This document shows, in pieces, positions 25,847 through 28,247 of a stretch of DNA of 28,247 nt. The position numbers and the translations under genes are program-made. This stretch comes from Terriglobales bacterium (GTDB lineage Bacteria; Acidobacteriota; Terriglobia; Terriglobales; Acidobacteriaceae). The notes under the pieces were generated by a model. That model was not told the DNA's origin, searched no databases, and saw only the letters and a list, made by a program, of their open reading frames with translations. Position 1 is the first letter of the stretch, and each line of letters opens with the position of its first letter. Location of the stretch: positions 1 to 28,247 of the forward strand of contig JBBSHD010000001.1 of assembly GCA_038253455.1 (NCBI GenBank), given 5' to 3'.

Positions 25847-27313
25847 GTGCCCGATTCCTACGCCGCGTCCGTCGCCGAACTGCTTCGCCTGGGCCATGAG
25901 CTCAGCGGATCTCCCGCGATTAAATTTGATCTCGACCACATGCGGCGGCTGCTCACCGCGCTGGGCAACCCTGAACGGCGCTTTCCCGCGGTGCTGATTG
26001 CCGGAACCAACGGCAAGGGATCGACATCGGCAACCCTCTCCTCAATCCTGCGGGCGGGCGGTTACCGCACCGGGCTGTTTACGTCGCCCCACCTTGTCTC
26101 CATCAACGAGCGCATTCGCATCGACGGCGAAACCATCAGCAATCCGGAGTTTGCCGAGATCCATCACCGGGTGGAAGTTGCGGCCCGTCAACTGGAAGCG
26201 ACCGGCGAGCTGCCGCGGCACCCCAGTTTTTTTGAGATGGTGACGGCCATGGCCTTCGAGTATTTTGCCAGCGCCGGAATCGATCTGGCGGTGCTCGAAG
26301 TGGGCCTGGGAGGCCGGCTCGACGCCACCAATGCCGCCAGTCCCTGCCTCTCCGTGATCACCGACATCGCGCTCGATCACCAGAAATATCTGGGAGAAAC
26401 CATCGGCGAAATTGCCGCCGAAAAGGCGGGGATCATTCGCCCCGGGGGATTGCTGGTCACGCTTCCCCAGCATCCCCAGGCCAACGAAGTGATTGGCCGG
26501 ATCTGCGTGGAGCGCAATGCCCGGGCGGTAAGCGCCGCGCGTTTCGTGCCGCCGGTATCGCCCGGCGCCGGCGCCGCCGGACGGCAGAACGGAAATTTTA
26601 TGCCTGATGCGCTTGCGGCTGATCGCGATTCGGCTCCGGGATTTCGCAGCCGCTACCGGTTGAGCCTGGGAGACGGCCGCGCCGGCGATGACGAGATCAC
26701 CGTGGAATCGCCGCTGGTCGGACGCCACCAATTGCGCAACGTGGCGCTGGCCATCGCCGCGGCGCTGGAGCTGAAGCAATTTGGGTTTCCTCTGAAGGCC
26801 GCCCAGATCGAGCGCGGAATCCGCGAAACCGAATGGCCCGGCAGGTTTCAGTTCGTCCCCGCCGCCGGCGGATTGCCGGGAATTATTCTGGATGTGGGCC
26901 ACAACCCCGCCGGAGCATGGGCGCTTCGTTCCACGCTGTCGGAGTACTGCCCCGACCACCGCTTTATCTTTATCTTTGGCGCCATGCGCGATAAAGCCAT
27001 CGGCGAGATCGCCGAGATTCTCTTTCCCCTGGCCGACCATGTGGTCCTTACCCAGGCCAGGATTCCGCGCGCCGCCACGCCGGAAGAAATTCGCACCGCC
27101 GCCAGCCGCACCTCAACCGAGATGAGCACCGAGCCCACCGTGGCGGACGCGTTGCAACGCGTGCGCGCCATGGTGCGCGCCCTCCCCGCCGAACCGGCGC
27201 ACAATGGCGATGCGCCTGATTCCGCTCAGCGAACTACCGGTAATTTGTTATTGGTCATCACCGGGTCGATATACGTTGTGGGTGAGGCTTTGCAGCTTCT
27301 GGGTAAGAGCTGA
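25847..27313 (+). CDS. folC: Folylpolyglutamate synthase/dihydrofolate synthase
   Basis: IAGTNGKGSTS, FTSPHL..INERIRI, SFFEMVTAMAF, LEVGLGGRLDATN, HQLRNVALA, WPGRFQ, LDVGHNPAG, ITGSIYVVGE. Confidence 0.96.
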   Translation: MPDSYAASVAELLRLGHELSGSPAIKFDLDHMRRLLTALGNPERRFPAVLIAGTNGKGSTSATLSSILRAGGYRTGLFTSPHLVSINERIRIDGETISNPEFAEIHHRVEVAARQLEATGELPRHPSFFEMVTAMAFEYFASAGIDLAVLEVGLGGRLDATNAASPCLSVITDIALDHQKYLGETIGEIAAEKAGIIRPGGLLVTLPQHPQANEVIGRICVERNARAVSAARFVPPVSPGAGAAGRQNGNFMPDALAADRDSAPGFRSRYRLSLGDGRAGDDEITVESPLVGRHQLRNVALAIAAALELKQFGFPLKAAQIERGIRETEWPGRFQFVPAAGGLPGIILDVGHNPAGAWALRSTLSEYCPDHRFIFIFGAMRDKAIGEIAEILFPLADHVVLTQARIPRAATPEEIRTAASRTSTEMSTEPTVADALQRVRAMVRALPAEPAHNGDAPDSAQRTTGNLLLVITGSIYVVGEALQLLGKS

Positions 27314-27314
27314 G

Positions 27315-28181
27315 ATGGCCGGCGAAATGCCAGGACCGCCTGGCGATCGAGCCGCCCGGGCACAAATAGACCTAGATGTATCTCCGGCGGCGGAAGCTGC
27401 CCGCTACTGCACCCCGCATGCGATCAGCTGGTTACGGTCTTTTGTTTTTTTCATTCCCTTGATCTTTCTTTACACCGGGGTGCTGGGCGCGATATCGCTG
27501 TCGTCATCGTTTTTCGATCGCCGGGGCAAATTTCAGCACTGGCTCGCGCGCCTTTGGTCAAAGATGATCCTGGCGACCCTGGGTACGCCGGTGACGGTGG
27601 TGGGTGCGGAATACCTGGCGCCGTTTCCGCCGCGATTATTTGCCGCCAACCATTTGTCGTCGCTCGATATCCCCGTCCTGTATGCCAACCTGCCATTTCC
27701 GTTCCGCATCATCGCCAAGCGAGAGGTCTTTCATTACGTGGTTATAGGCTGGCACCTGCGGCGCTCCGGCCAAATCGAGGTGGACAGCTCCAATGCGCGG
27801 GCGTCGCTGCGCGGCCTCAACCGCGCTGCCGAAACGTTGAAGCAGGGGATGCCGGTCGTGGTCTTTCCCGAAGGCAGCCGCTCGACCTCCGGCGAGATCC
27901 AACCGTTTTTGAATGGGACGTTTTACGTGGCCATCAAGGCCCGTGCCGAGATCGTCCCCATCGCCCTGGTCGGGACCCTTGAGACTTTGCCCATGAACCA
28001 TTTCCACATCCGCCCCCATCCGCTGCAACTGGTGGCGGGACCACCGATTTCGACCGAGGGCTACACCCTTCGCCAGGCCGATGCCCTGGCAGCGAAGGTC
28101 AAGACGGCGATCGAGAACCTTTATTATCCGCAGGCGCACGTCCCAGATCCGCGGCAGATTCAGCGCGAACCAGGAGGGTAG
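27315..28181 (+). CDS. plsC: 1-acyl-sn-glycerol-3-phosphate acyltransferase (PlsC family)
   Basis: NHLSSLD (HX4D), IIAKRE, VFPEGSRS, IVPIAL. ATG 27315 lies 1 nt after the folC stop; the exact start is uncertain. Confidence 0.9.
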   Translation: MAGEMPGPPGDRAARAQIDLDVSPAAEAARYCTPHAISWLRSFVFFIPLIFLYTGVLGAISLSSSFFDRRGKFQHWLARLWSKMILATLGTPVTVVGAEYLAPFPPRLFAANHLSSLDIPVLYANLPFPFRIIAKREVFHYVVIGWHLRRSGQIEVDSSNARASLRGLNRAAETLKQGMPVVVFPEGSRSTSGEIQPFLNGTFYVAIKARAEIVPIALVGTLETLPMNHFHIRPHPLQLVAGPPISTEGYTLRQADALAAKVKTAIENLYYPQAHVPDPRQIQREPGG

Positions 28182-28247
28182 GACAGGATTCAGTATTACC
28201 AGCGGCCTTCAGGGCGATGAATAGATGATCTTAAGAATTCGGCTTCA

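Noticed and set aside
2290-28139. Many alternative-frame and antisense ORFs over thrS, A2M, hslU, the kinase, the cyclase, folC and plsC
   Set aside because: These are expected in GC-rich DNA, show no motifs, and overlap confidently identified genes.
28182-28247. Possible 3' end of a minus-strand gene at the right edge (..EAEFLRSSIHRPEGRW*)
   Set aside because: Too short to support within the window.

Overview
GC-rich bacterial chromosomal window; gene content and protein style suggest Acidobacteria (inference). Mostly housekeeping and envelope genes: a truncated hypothetical gene, thrS, a peroxiredoxin-DsbA pair, a very large alpha-2-macroglobulin, hslU with no adjacent hslV, an Fn3 lipoprotein, an FAA hydrolase, DUF3592-ccdA-TlpA-DsbD-N, a pilin-like gene, an FmdB zinc ribbon, rsmI, an NTF2/DUF4440 protein, a PEGA Ser/Thr kinase, an FHA-GAF adenylate cyclase, folC and plsC. 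The most notable structures are: (1) a ~1.39 kb transposase-less element (875-2264) with ~35-bp terminal inverted repeats and a 12-13-bp target-site duplication, inserted at the -35 box of the putative thrS promoter and carrying a decayed esterase; (2) an alpha-2-macroglobulin with three tandem ~90-aa GspG/pseudopilin-like repeats and a carboxypeptidase-regulatory-like domain upstream of the thioester; (3) two copies of a ~340-bp REP-doublet/MITE family; (4) a minus-strand promoter and terminator pair between the cyclase and folC, implying an unannotated ~100-nt sRNA; (5) several genes that look leaderless. All family calls come from motif recognition by eye; no database searches were run.
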